From an uncultured virus (IMG/VR IMGVR_UViG_3300024261_000008) (taxonomy: Duplodnaviria; Heunggongvirae; Uroviricota; Caudoviricetes): a stretch of DNA of 64,000 nt. Shown here piece by piece: positions 30,301 through 36,999 of this stretch. The stretch covers positions 62,001 through 126,000 of IMG/VR virus record IMGVR_UViG_3300024261_000008; one strand, written 5' to 3'. The notes under the pieces were generated by a model. It did not search any database and was not told the DNA's origin. It was given only the letters and a program-made list of their open reading frames with translations. A program made the position numbers and the translations under genes. Every line of letters begins with the position of its first letter. Within the stretch, counting starts at the first letter, position 1.

Positions 30301-30410
30301 CTGGAGAAAATGACTATTATGGCCTCGCTGGACAAGGAACATTTCTACAATGCCATAAATTTTTAGGCAAGTTTTGGGTATATGACTATTTTAATGAATC
30401 ACCAATATAG
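21318..30410 (+). CDS. Giant Cys-rich protein (3030 aa), probably virion-associated
   Basis: Uninterrupted ORF starting 9 nt after the previous stop; dense Cys clusters, mostly in the C-terminal third. Confidence 0.6.
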   Translation: MNNKCCRIVNENSDRPIGDDPLYLYRFGEWLWNRTYNNLDNGHTPPRGHAGWMPIIIRGYEENVAIRPLAPPKNTGLVTFDPLNCTNDQFITDPTRVADPKSASIDCQYCEDFGNAVGSPRGISQLGDAKNNKVNTGNYTCCNGNCDVRTNQIDVDHNIPYVLPQYVDQWGDDKYELKWPDVYKGLSIEWAAYQGRKCAWELLPTMGEIPYDASTSQYNNKRDHELAIEKANIANRMAGNFIVFKIGPKAQSYDDSDEAIEWYKDQIRPCLGEFGYISNRFKDTIDVDLPTPEEFTAPYGFNDGTQDNVFIGRKKRTSWWKWDIEEAPVAWCLRQDKDTVLGTVNYVTEEVFSEELGRTEERITPQWDHQYWIPPGDIWVAKIEPDEPRNTMRDGKTEQDGQQRCPSGVKFMESGNMYVLPHDSYAVYISCNMYERFYDAYQSIKEIPTIRPEERIWQAMYAATHPLIDKVTVDLHKPYTINTEIKEYFSPVDDTATPVSSERTQLGNFANPYYQFMNWFDKKYMTSSNLNLIDSDTDLWNTLVSKYGSFYDSYPSQFIKDITFDNQTLPANTHLGVDLVYDFLVESESELIQGRRNQPDVPNYQNMTNAGINSTFQVGGYRGASIEINSHFIERNKLIPANLEEDGVCHKLSNPALFSDWRAFNDSVYRSEYLQSGWLSYETYYIRNGNGTNNPETYCRECDEYSSYANYATSKCTEVQNCFCDEERAVDAGPCSGQAKNIEDWTIRDTRYYPVINDPKATPISVAFHANGGIFYRGASDSGIVRFGDQNSNIGERKFRITLEMESFGTDAGRTSPLGLRVYACDLYALQSSSPETYLCQRFPIVGQLQTPTINTDNEWPIQTSPAQGGRWETQPAYLPGLSTKYAPSLKKYGGFNKKEIEEMFPYGYEQMEDYEKEDKVVKETVYNYDSNKPFGCGSSDSMTFKNYVETNYDLEIQTARGLMDHTISISEGGTFTGSRTKEDPFEPLDVVVNEDYKRFKTYVQYGRSSLKDENGYLLSADSDGVAWDGGGNWTLDWIPENSKGNTYNLSVRLANPYLSKLLDTVGHEGNRKYYPPASNPRAWYDNLDYLGGTYGYCDNPDQWYDYGDQTSRVTVVVRATPKPVTAKFAMFPPSPVECFDRVQFTKDGQVKPTDDKGVIPTSYKNQLRRSAGRSLLPKLTFNNIVDWDSGPLPYDLSESFLINEKQSKSLSSLFRKVKNFTENRKFKIVLATRDGKFFQLDGLPTRYESQKKTYEGFGHFVQVVRDGSDYNTYLPGAIPLVQKKTLEDVTWVTKPNTRFTAKINNTLENFDPNWPLNLRLTTGYRIDPVNNTLTFAGTRMFFALFPKVEIITLPSPSDDMENNPPVGSIVNFLRGPVGTYYKYADADEAPFSSKYVVFNPNDYTWQRYSDLHYDFNNTSYIGYVYNSILKINPITFYFYRDPLGDRTKQAEAICTEMRLKSYLVDARGKRVFPGTLNDPCIDLCTDGGITFIRTETELKFKNNLNVDWYEIDDLKTEILSSHIYKPECVNNEKDSFLSNRKYRSKWSDLKGFDGIILDHSEEEQYASKYYPPTRYDNVFYKMLVDNDNQSEIPTSRGEERHHSIVPYGNKGSAPFRFNIHQKYNVDYGNDLVNSAEISGVHNYFPFMDINDKDWGLGYTPVDKFFVPEVIEQDFDGLVEPNLTEVKQGALGEYQRTRPDKQIILTIPADATFTQTIEFATKADTYVISDTLRADTPLFYLGEIEQEDTENCPGDLDILKPDPYQGRNYGKNFGGTLDIGRPYDIRKGTMPLENWKPKSAFARWTRYCDIDEETCETQKCITSGRGSTELYGVYKMSNPTKLTYRELAGQDFLAFISYNAGIVNGMNGVRPPKILRSIHSKQENPAIKNDILYSKDNTDLCNDRVVLPPEYQYPDWDTQVNSTFLQGVKDLEKLSLTYEPAEQLIKSDLLAEEMVFRALYGEKEFVNRTSFNGDTLLTADQILNYVDPQIDVDEMHKQILWSYDRGSNSDVSRVQTQHTFGVNSRLRVGDRASVTWGGVKVEADITENSTNTWEGRVLNLTIESSQGTQNYSVPIFMSNVVFSDMINVLAGGEAPTVDDNSTITLVEQGAIVQPERKTRVVDCYNGQCCFDLEDNLGIGGGDYQKILLTECKNMGTWKYFLLQVPRLQRYNWNDTFNVCEPDNFIYGPDTSACKPYKYGYCNLTPEECPPCTGEHPPEELVLVESLDKDYYVTENKWINNYLDTDVERFTYDYKSCRNTIRSNGHLYRHNYEYAEQKFFRFDLAAEFNAAEYRLAIANIDCFNCGGGGCHCSDPGTANRPGTCVGVCDYQLEVTSNDEGPCNTKCKYSEPRVSLGSECFCNGAPACPNGSDPDGCYPYGSSACPIRFSHPTTLTPNEACDKAFALVQYDTSYWGYYGYDSAGQPRGCGRACYPRGDCDTTYFCFIQDCEKCPQSNMGAAECYDSPPGPPVWNSEGYTWGRTVVAPYVSSCGIRGQGFTATPSNGTTCSSDNCPDYSQTDVFETKTVWEYSEPEVAYDTYLKDTKYGGGNNRICNSGSQPDCVTTLFSVTLDNDQVRVNFPSGDIAWASQGGIGSNACVGPSLETTNVSLCTDTNYRISESNSNLEVNISDNLGYISNYSKTDTVGCTNNVKINMPPQSQEWAVRDIDGQCMVGHWMGQHINESLVISQGQNAYVVCQSNQIAGSACVGRLEIANAGSTFNSPPGGECPEEKAEARVYGVCEGTLSGPDCNSPDECSWGESSWFEELEVLHNEYRKRYNNANRSIPTENIIEGLIPGSVGPLLTKTYQIPEGTVTRANKGPYGVTTEDMYAYVTVAYYDYKYRAPHNLDDTITETRQAQVAEQNGTDSVTASCYKGRPFTNDPALQTLDPLRGYFYHCNESNTGDCGEGIGFPWYIRGSWTFMPSRLAYRCINRGVAYPNWYTPAVSPHGCRPQFDERYGRYDTPPTNFMSTTPTVERKACQGTYSCYYNDKQWPAGENDYYGLAGQGTFLQCHKFLGKFWVYDYFNESPI

Positions 30411-30425
30411 GACGAAGGAGAGAAC

Positions 30426-31100
30426 ATGCACTGTAAACTAATACCAATAAAAGGGAAATTTTTTAGAGGTAAGCCCGTATACAGTTGCTCATCTTGTGGT
30501 TTAACTTTAGGTTTAGAAGACCCGAACACTAAAGTCTTATGCAAGGTAGAAGCAGCAAAATCAGACGTTACTGAACTTTTAACAAAAAGAATGTATCATC
30601 GTGAAGATAAAGTTGATGCTAATAATTTACTGGGAGACAAACCTGTTGAACTTCATAAAGGTATGAGCCTTCGTGACAAAGTAGCTGCTATTTATAAAGA
30701 CAGACTTATAAATAATGCAAAGCAGGATGGCAGAATAGCAGATAATAAAGACAATACGGTTGCATATGAAGTTCTTAATCAACAAGCACAGGACTATGCT
30801 GAAAATTACATAGCAGAAAAATCACAACCGTTTAAAGAGGAACTTAGCGAAGAAGATAAAAAGAAACTAATGTGTACCCAAGAAGAAATAAATCAACGCT
30901 TAAGCATTTGTGAAACTTGTGAATACTACGAAAATAATACATGTTTACAGTGCGGTTGTGCCATTAGTAGAGCATCAATACATTCTAATAAGTTAGCATT
31001 TAGAAATAAAAGCTGTCCTGTAAATAAATGGGGGCCAATTCAAATACCAGTAAACGGAGATGAAAGTACTTCAGACGGCTCTGGCTCTGGTTCTGGTTGA
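30426..31100 (+). CDS. Cys-motif protein with a C-terminal DUF6171-like domain
   Basis: AAGGAG RBS; RLSICETC...CLQCGC...K...CPVNKW pattern; N-terminal CSSC. Confidence 0.6.
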   Translation: MHCKLIPIKGKFFRGKPVYSCSSCGLTLGLEDPNTKVLCKVEAAKSDVTELLTKRMYHREDKVDANNLLGDKPVELHKGMSLRDKVAAIYKDRLINNAKQDGRIADNKDNTVAYEVLNQQAQDYAENYIAEKSQPFKEELSEEDKKKLMCTQEEINQRLSICETCEYYENNTCLQCGCAISRASIHSNKLAFRNKSCPVNKWGPIQIPVNGDESTSDGSGSGSG

Positions 31101-32059
31101 GGTTCTAGTAAACTGGACTTATCGTGTTTGATCCAGAACGTATGCACTCTTTTAGAAGAGTAGTTATTTTTAATAAAATTCACAGAGCCATGAAAAACTT
31201 TAGGCTTTTGTCCTTCTTCTTGAAACAACAATGTATACTTAACATTAGGTATTCTTGTATGGTTTCTATAAAAGTGAACGTATACCCCATATCGTCCCGG
31301 TACAAAGTTTTCTAGATATATGTTTTCTACAGCATCATTGGTGTGTGGTTGTACATTCATATCAATATCAAGATGCCCAAATTCTGTTTTCTTATTTTGA
31401 AAACAACACATACCCAAAAACCATTTACCCTTAACAGGAAGACTTGTGGCTTTAACTAAATGTAAGTCTAGATCGTCTGTTGTGTTCCAGAATAGAGATA
31501 CCGTAATTTTGCCTCTTTTTGCACCTAGTCCATTTAGCTTTTGTAACATGCCTCCCACTTCACCATCTCCACCACTTCCACCTTCCATTTGGGTTCCAGC
31601 AAGAGGGTTGCCCATATTTTCTGAATCACTGTTTGATCCCATCCTATCTGTCGCAATACTGCTCAATAAGTCTACAGGATTTACTTCTGTGACGCTCATA
31701 CTGCCTTTCTGAGGCTCTGGATTAAAAATAGGGTCTGATATAGGGCTAATATCCGCAGGTTTAAAATCTGGCTCTAGTTTGGTCTTAGCTAGGACTTCTG
31801 CGTCTTGCTTTGCTTTCATTTCAGCCATCCAATCAAGTATTTCTTGATTTGCATGTGGCTCGTCATCCATCACTATGAGATCATCTTCCCTTTGACCACC
31901 CATTTCGATTATGATAGGCTTCAGTAATTCAGGAGTATCTAGTCCATACAGCAACATGAACAATATCATAAAGGCGTGTATAACCAGACTAAACATCATG
32001 CTGGGAGCAGGTTTACGAGAAACATACACTTGTAGTTCTTTTTTATCTTGAGCATCCAT
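31040..32059 (-). CDS. Membrane-anchored protein with a YfaP/DUF2135-like domain
   Basis: N-terminal TM helix (FSLVIHAFMILFMLLYGL), Pro/acidic linker, then SLFWNTTDDLDLHLV...LDID...VENIY...PGRYGVYVHFY. Confidence 0.65.
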   Translation of the reverse strand: MDAQDKKELQVYVSRKPAPSMMFSLVIHAFMILFMLLYGLDTPELLKPIIIEMGGQREDDLIVMDDEPHANQEILDWMAEMKAKQDAEVLAKTKLEPDFKPADISPISDPIFNPEPQKGSMSVTEVNPVDLLSSIATDRMGSNSDSENMGNPLAGTQMEGGSGGDGEVGGMLQKLNGLGAKRGKITVSLFWNTTDDLDLHLVKATSLPVKGKWFLGMCCFQNKKTEFGHLDIDMNVQPHTNDAVENIYLENFVPGRYGVYVHFYRNHTRIPNVKYTLLFQEEGQKPKVFHGSVNFIKNNYSSKRVHTFWIKHDKSSLLEPQPEPEPEPSEVLSSPFTGI

Positions 32060-32094
32060 AGTAATATTCCAAAAGTTAAAGTTCCAATACCCAA

Positions 32095-32122
32095 ATTATA
32101 GCACACTATTTATGGCTGTCAA
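32095..32122 (-). promoter_or_regulatory. Sigma70-like promoter TTGACA-N16-TATAAT with extended -10 TG
   Basis: Minus strand reads TTGACA gccataaatagtgtgc TATAAT, about 35 nt upstream of the ATG at 32059. Confidence 0.75.
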
Positions 32123-32879
32123 GTAGTTCATCTTCGTTTATTTTTATACAGACGTTTACATCTTGACAATTATTAATTGATCTCCATGCTTCTGCTTCTT
32201 GTGATTCAAGATTAAAATAGGGTGATTGATCTATGAACTTTTTATTCCATTCTAAAGATGTGTGACAACAGCCGTACATCTCTGTTTCTGCATCTATCGA
32301 AAGATATTGTTGAAAAGCATAGCCGTATTTTCTGTAAGAATTAACAAATCTACCCTTGGCCTCTACAGGAACTCCGTAGTTCGGTTTGTCTTTCATTTTC
32401 TCAATATGTAAGGTCGCTTTTTCAGCACTTGTGGTAAACACTAAGTGTCCATTAGACTTTAAGCAATCAGACAACAATTCAAAAGTATATTCCCATCTAT
32501 GCTGGGGAAGGTGAGTGAACACAGAACCGCACCAAATTAAATCAAAATGATCTCTGGGCAGTTCTTCCTCAGTGTTACATACATCCTGACCTAGTACATC
32601 ACGGCAGAAAGTTACACATTCTTCGATTCTGTCATAAACAGTCACGGTGGCATTTGGAAACTCTTCCGCAAAAACTCTGGAACACCTACCGTAAGCACCA
32701 CCAAAGTCAAGTATATGTTTTGCATCACGATTTACTCTTTTGCAAATACGCATGGCACTTTCTGCCCATGCCCAATACTTCTCTGCTAGTACTTCATCGG
32801 TAAGGTTCACGTTTGTATAATACATACTATCTCTAGGGTGTATAATACGATTTATCACTTTTTCTTCTTCCCTTCCCAC
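32106..32879 (-). CDS. Class I SAM-dependent methyltransferase
   Basis: ILDFGGAYGR (motif I), FDLIWCGSVFTHL, LKSNGHLVFT. Confidence 0.85.
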   Translation of the reverse strand: MGREEEKVINRIIHPRDSMYYTNVNLTDEVLAEKYWAWAESAMRICKRVNRDAKHILDFGGAYGRCSRVFAEEFPNATVTVYDRIEECVTFCRDVLGQDVCNTEEELPRDHFDLIWCGSVFTHLPQHRWEYTFELLSDCLKSNGHLVFTTSAEKATLHIEKMKDKPNYGVPVEAKGRFVNSYRKYGYAFQQYLSIDAETEMYGCCHTSLEWNKKFIDQSPYFNLESQEAEAWRSINNCQDVNVCIKINEDELLDSHK

Positions 32880-33187
32880 TTATACCAGCCATTATTTTCT
32901 AGCCAGTTACCAGCCTCGTCCTTACGCTTAGGAAAGAGAGTGTCACCCTTCTTATGTTGACCATAAGATAGAACAGCACCGCAGTCCATGCATCTCAGTT
33001 CATAATATTCATTGCCTTCTACATTTCTTACAACAAACTTAATATTATGCGAGCCACAAATACCGCACTGTGCTTCGCTAAAAACTTCTTGGACAACAGA
33101 AAGATTTTTAAATAATTCTTTTTGTCCCGCCCCTTCAATATGAAATTCTAATTTTTCACTGGGCCTAAAAATTGCTTTGCTATTCAT
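32855..33187 (-). CDS. Zinc-ribbon protein
   Basis: CGIC...CMDC. The ATG at 33187 forms an ATGA overlap with the upstream stop; an alternative start is 33193. Confidence 0.65.
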   Translation of the reverse strand: MNSKAIFRPSEKLEFHIEGAGQKELFKNLSVVQEVFSEAQCGICGSHNIKFVVRNVEGNEYYELRCMDCGAVLSYGQHKKGDTLFPKRKDEAGNWLENNGWYKWEGKKKK

Positions 33188-33891
33188 TTCCATGATTCCT
33201 CGTAGCCTAATAAACCTGCACCAATATTGGAAGTGTTGGTTTGTAAGGAAGTGAGTTCCTTAACAAGTTTAACAGCATCCTCATGCTTAATATTATAAAC
33301 ACCTTCGGCTACAATGTCAAGCTGTCTAATAACATTATGTACATTTATATCACATCTTTTAGCTATTACGTCGATAAAGTTAATCTGATTTGACGTAATC
33401 TTAGAAACACTGTCGAAATCTGGGTTGTCTTCAGCATCTTCTACCAGTTCTTCAGCAGCAACTACTTTTCGTAGCTTTAATGCTCGACGCAAGGCACGGC
33501 CTTCTGCTCTAGTTTCTGCTACAGCCACAGGGTGATTTCTATAGATTTTGTCGCAATTTCCCCAGTAAACATCAGCAGAACCAGTGAAGGATCGTGTTCG
33601 TAGACTGTCTTCCATGTCTTTATCGTTCATAATATATGACAACGTATGGACCACAGTGGCACGTTTCTCGTTGTCTGGAGTCGGAGACTGAAGAACATCA
33701 GATAAAGCCTGAACCATTGTACAATCTAGTGCGATTTCAAATATCCTACGTAGACCATCTGTAGTAGGATTTCCCTCAACCAGTTCATCCTTGTTTAACA
33801 ATCCTAGTACATGATCAGTCCACCCGACATCATTAGGTGTTACATTTGTACTTACTTCTTCAACTTTTTCTTCAACTTTTTTTCTTGGCAT
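33184..33891 (-). CDS. Hypothetical protein, possible Rad52-like single-strand annealing protein
   Basis: The AETRAEGRALRRAL helix motif after beta-strands resembles phage Rad52-like annealing proteins. Confidence 0.45.
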   Translation of the reverse strand: MPRKKVEEKVEEVSTNVTPNDVGWTDHVLGLLNKDELVEGNPTTDGLRRIFEIALDCTMVQALSDVLQSPTPDNEKRATVVHTLSYIMNDKDMEDSLRTRSFTGSADVYWGNCDKIYRNHPVAVAETRAEGRALRRALKLRKVVAAEELVEDAEDNPDFDSVSKITSNQINFIDVIAKRCDINVHNVIRQLDIVAEGVYNIKHEDAVKLVKELTSLQTNTSNIGAGLLGYEESWK

Positions 33892-33893
33892 AA

Positions 33894-34685
33894 TTAGTCC
33901 TCTATAGTAATAATCTTAGTTTTAGTTTTCCCAATATCCTTCAACACACCCACTAATGTTTCTAGTACACGTTGTGACCTAGCATTAGAGTACTCATGTA
34001 ATTGTGCAATACGAATCAACTTATATCCTCTTCCTACTATCAAACCAGACTTTTTCTGGTCATACCTCTTGGCCTTAGCTAAAGCATCCTCTCCCCATAC
34101 TGGCAAGAAATGTGATAGTCCATCTACTTCTATCGCTACATTTATAGTAGGCAGGAACAGGTCAAGATGCAAGCGGGTATTTCCTAATAATTGCTCTTTG
34201 TGTGGCTCTACTTTAAAACCCTCCTTAATAAGACCACTTAGAAGATACCTTTCCATTTTCGATCCTGTTTTGCTGGTTACTCTCACTGCATCTCTAGCAA
34301 GCCTGAGACGCTGCTCTTTTTCCTGTTCTGGTAAAGCGGCCCATAGTTTCTTCGCAGTGTCGCTTCTGCGTTTCAATTCTGCATCAGAAAGCCCTTCCCA
34401 AGTTTCCATGAGTGATTTGCCTATTTTATTTTTAGACTCGTCAGAGTGCTGCTTGCCTTCTGTGGGATGAGTAGCCTTACCAGTTTTAAGAGCATTAGAT
34501 TGTGCAGAACTTTTATCTCTCAATTTTATCTCAAACTTAATAGCATCCCTTCTTATTTTATTGGCATAAGTACCCAGTTCGCTTGCTGTATCCGCAAGAC
34601 TTTTATTTTCTTTTTGATACAGACGCAGAATCTCTTTCTTCTTTTCTTTGTCTGTAAGTTTACTATACTTGTGTTTCAATGACAT
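33894..34685 (-). CDS. Putative free-standing homing endonuclease (HTH + NUMOD3-like + Vsr/DUF559-like)
   Basis: HPTEGKQHSDESKNKIG (NUMOD3-like); LDLFLP...AIEVDGLSH...YDQKK...GYKLIRI (Vsr/EDxHD-like). Confidence 0.65.
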   Translation of the reverse strand: MSLKHKYSKLTDKEKKKEILRLYQKENKSLADTASELGTYANKIRRDAIKFEIKLRDKSSAQSNALKTGKATHPTEGKQHSDESKNKIGKSLMETWEGLSDAELKRRSDTAKKLWAALPEQEKEQRLRLARDAVRVTSKTGSKMERYLLSGLIKEGFKVEPHKEQLLGNTRLHLDLFLPTINVAIEVDGLSHFLPVWGEDALAKAKRYDQKKSGLIVGRGYKLIRIAQLHEYSNARSQRVLETLVGVLKDIGKTKTKIITIED

Positions 34686-35136
34686 TGTTTATTTCCTTTG
34701 CTGTGACTGTTGGCATAACCGATATTGGCTTCTTCCAACAAATATCTAAAATTTCTGAAGTTGTTTCATCTTTGGCTATAAACTCCACATCTTTAGTGTC
34801 GAATAAGCCCTTCCATTGTCTATAGTGGTCTTGCTGGTTTTCCTTACCCCAAGGTATCGTATCTATATATATTATTTGTTTACTAGGCGTTTTAAAAGTC
34901 TGTGTCAAAAGCCTACTTTTAACATCAAACATAAACAACGTGCCTTTAAAAAATTTAGCATGACTAATATGTAGCATATAATATTTATTGTTAGTAATAA
35001 TAGCATTTGGAACATTACTAAAAACCACTATGTTATCCATAGGTCTCAATGTGCATAGTTCATTAATTGCCTCCAGATAACCTGTAGCCTGATGGTTGTT
35101 TTGTTCTATGTCTAGTATATAAAATCCTATGTTCAT
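34663..35136 (-). CDS. Hypothetical protein, possibly a glycosyltransferase N-lobe-like domain
   Basis: MNIGFYI start typical of GT-B N-termini; ATGA-coupled within the GT cluster. Confidence 0.4.
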   Translation of the reverse strand: MNIGFYILDIEQNNHQATGYLEAINELCTLRPMDNIVVFSNVPNAIITNNKYYMLHISHAKFFKGTLFMFDVKSRLLTQTFKTPSKQIIYIDTIPWGKENQQDHYRQWKGLFDTKDVEFIAKDETTSEILDICWKKPISVMPTVTAKEINNVIETQV

Positions 35137-35918
35137 ATGTTCTTCCTTATGTATGGTAAAACTTCGTGTCTTGTAAAATAATCGTATGTTCTGTTTTCCA
35201 ACTTGGCTACTGGTGCAAGTATCTTATTATCCTCTAGGGCTTGTTTAATGTTTCCTGATGAGACATCAATACAGTCGATCCCACAAGCCTGTGCTTCTAA
35301 TGTAAGGTTACATGAGAGGTCTATAAACTTTTCGTAAGTGTTTAAAACATTACTGAGTTGAACAGGGTCGAGCATTCCTAGATTTTGATCGGAGACCCAA
35401 TTATGATCATTGAATATATTGATTTTCAGTTTAGTCTTAGGATAGAGCAGTTCATTAATCTGAATCCTATCTTCATCTTGTCCGCTACTCATAACAGCAA
35501 TTCTGTTATTTCTGCTTTGTTCACGATTGTTGAATGTGCTTGAGTCATATTTATTGTCGTAGCTTAGGAATTGTGCAGGAATGCCTTGTGCCAGATTCGT
35601 ATTAGCTATTACTTTAACTTGTGACTGACACAAAAAGGTCCACAGGTCTGTGTTTTTTTCTCCTAAAGTCTTGTCTAGAAGCAGGAATATATTGATATCT
35701 TGTTGGTATTCGTTGATCCAATCATGTACTTCTTGAGAATAATCACAAATAGATAGAAAAACATTTTTCGGCTTGGTTCTCTCGGCAAAATCAAAAAGCC
35801 TACCAAAGACATTCACTGTTTGTATCTCTAGGTCTTTGTCTTCTACGTTATATAAAGACTGAGAGATGCAACGATGAGGAATGCTCTGTGCTGTATAAAA
35901 TATATGTAATGTTTTCAT
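35133..35918 (-). CDS. Divergent glycosyltransferase-like protein
   Basis: LSNVLNTYEKFIDL...LEAQACGIDCI resembles the GT-B C-lobe EAxACG motif. Confidence 0.5.
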   Translation of the reverse strand: MKTLHIFYTAQSIPHRCISQSLYNVEDKDLEIQTVNVFGRLFDFAERTKPKNVFLSICDYSQEVHDWINEYQQDINIFLLLDKTLGEKNTDLWTFLCQSQVKVIANTNLAQGIPAQFLSYDNKYDSSTFNNREQSRNNRIAVMSSGQDEDRIQINELLYPKTKLKINIFNDHNWVSDQNLGMLDPVQLSNVLNTYEKFIDLSCNLTLEAQACGIDCIDVSSGNIKQALEDNKILAPVAKLENRTYDYFTRHEVLPYIRKNI

Positions 35919-36595
35919 GTTTTATTCTTTTCCTTCTTGATAATTACACTGTCGTTATTTTTATTAAGTTTTAAAAATGTCAAAGATATTATATTTTCTT
36001 GTATAGCAAGATTTAATATCTCAAACATAAACATATTATCATAATACCTATCATCAATATTATTTTTTAAACTTTCCCAATCTTTTTTGCAAAAGTAGAT
36101 AGCTTCATTCCATACGTAATCGCCTATATCGTAAAACATAGATGATATTTCGTTGCTGTTATCTTTCAAAGTAAAACCAATAGGCTCTTGATGTTTTATC
36201 TTTTTATTTCTTTTCTTTGCTAAAACCCATGACTTGTCAAGGTCTTGTGGTTCAAATTTTTTAGGAAGTACGTCTCCATTTAATATAAACAAACCCGGAC
36301 TATCATCAAGTTTTATTTTTTGTAATAACATTTTAATTGCATATCCATGATTTTTCTCTAAAAACTTTGAATTATAAATATCTATTACATCCTGACTGTG
36401 AACCTTACGCAAAAGTTTTTCTGCTCCAAAACCAGTACATATATATACTTTGTCTCCAAGGATTTTGGATAATACTTTAATTTGTTTGTTAATTAATTCT
36501 GTAGCATTAGGACTTGTTTTTATTAGTCCAATAGGACCAAAGGATTTCATACCTTTCTTAATCTCATATGCTAGCACACATGATTTTATATTCAT
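35915..36595 (-). CDS. Divergent nucleotidyltransferase (LicC/NTP-transferase-like)
   Basis: VLA...KGMKSFGPIGLIK, YICTGF, N...NHGYAI and ILNGDVL follow the GT-A-like NTP transferase layout, with a degenerate GxGxR loop. Confidence 0.6.
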   Translation of the reverse strand: MNIKSCVLAYEIKKGMKSFGPIGLIKTSPNATELINKQIKVLSKILGDKVYICTGFGAEKLLRKVHSQDVIDIYNSKFLEKNHGYAIKMLLQKIKLDDSPGLFILNGDVLPKKFEPQDLDKSWVLAKKRNKKIKHQEPIGFTLKDNSNEISSMFYDIGDYVWNEAIYFCKKDWESLKNNIDDRYYDNMFMFEILNLAIQENIISLTFLKLNKNNDSVIIKKEKNKT

Positions 36596-36999
36596 AGCTT
36601 GGTAATAGTGGCTACCGTATATATTCCTTCATAGTGCATACTGTCAACTTCGTAACCCGTTTCCTGTACGCTACGTTTAAAGTCGTTTTCTGACCATACA
36701 GACTGTATGGATGGTAACACAGCAGAGTATTTATCACTTGTTAAGTCTCCACTTCTGATTTGCTTAGGAATTAAATCTAAATTTACAAACCTAATTTGTA
36801 TTTCGCCTCCTACTTTAGTCTTTTTGCAGCATTCTGCAAAAACTTTGTTTCTGTCTGATAGAACCATGTTGTCCAGACAATATAGGGACATTTTTTCTAC
36901 ATAGCCATTACTGACTATCCCTATCTGAGCAACGGGAACATTGTTGACACCTTCGATATTCTGTTCTTCAACCATTACTATATTCATCTCTTTAATCAT
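36592..36999 (-). CDS. Small methyltransferase-fold-like protein
   Basis: CCKKTKVGGEIQIRFVNLD...SVWSENDFKRSVQETGY resembles the C-terminal half of class I methyltransferases; no SAM motif I seen. Confidence 0.4.
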   Translation of the reverse strand: MIKEMNIVMVEEQNIEGVNNVPVAQIGIVSNGYVEKMSLYCLDNMVLSDRNKVFAECCKKTKVGGEIQIRFVNLDLIPKQIRSGDLTSDKYSAVLPSIQSVWSENDFKRSVQETGYEVDSMHYEGIYTVATITKL

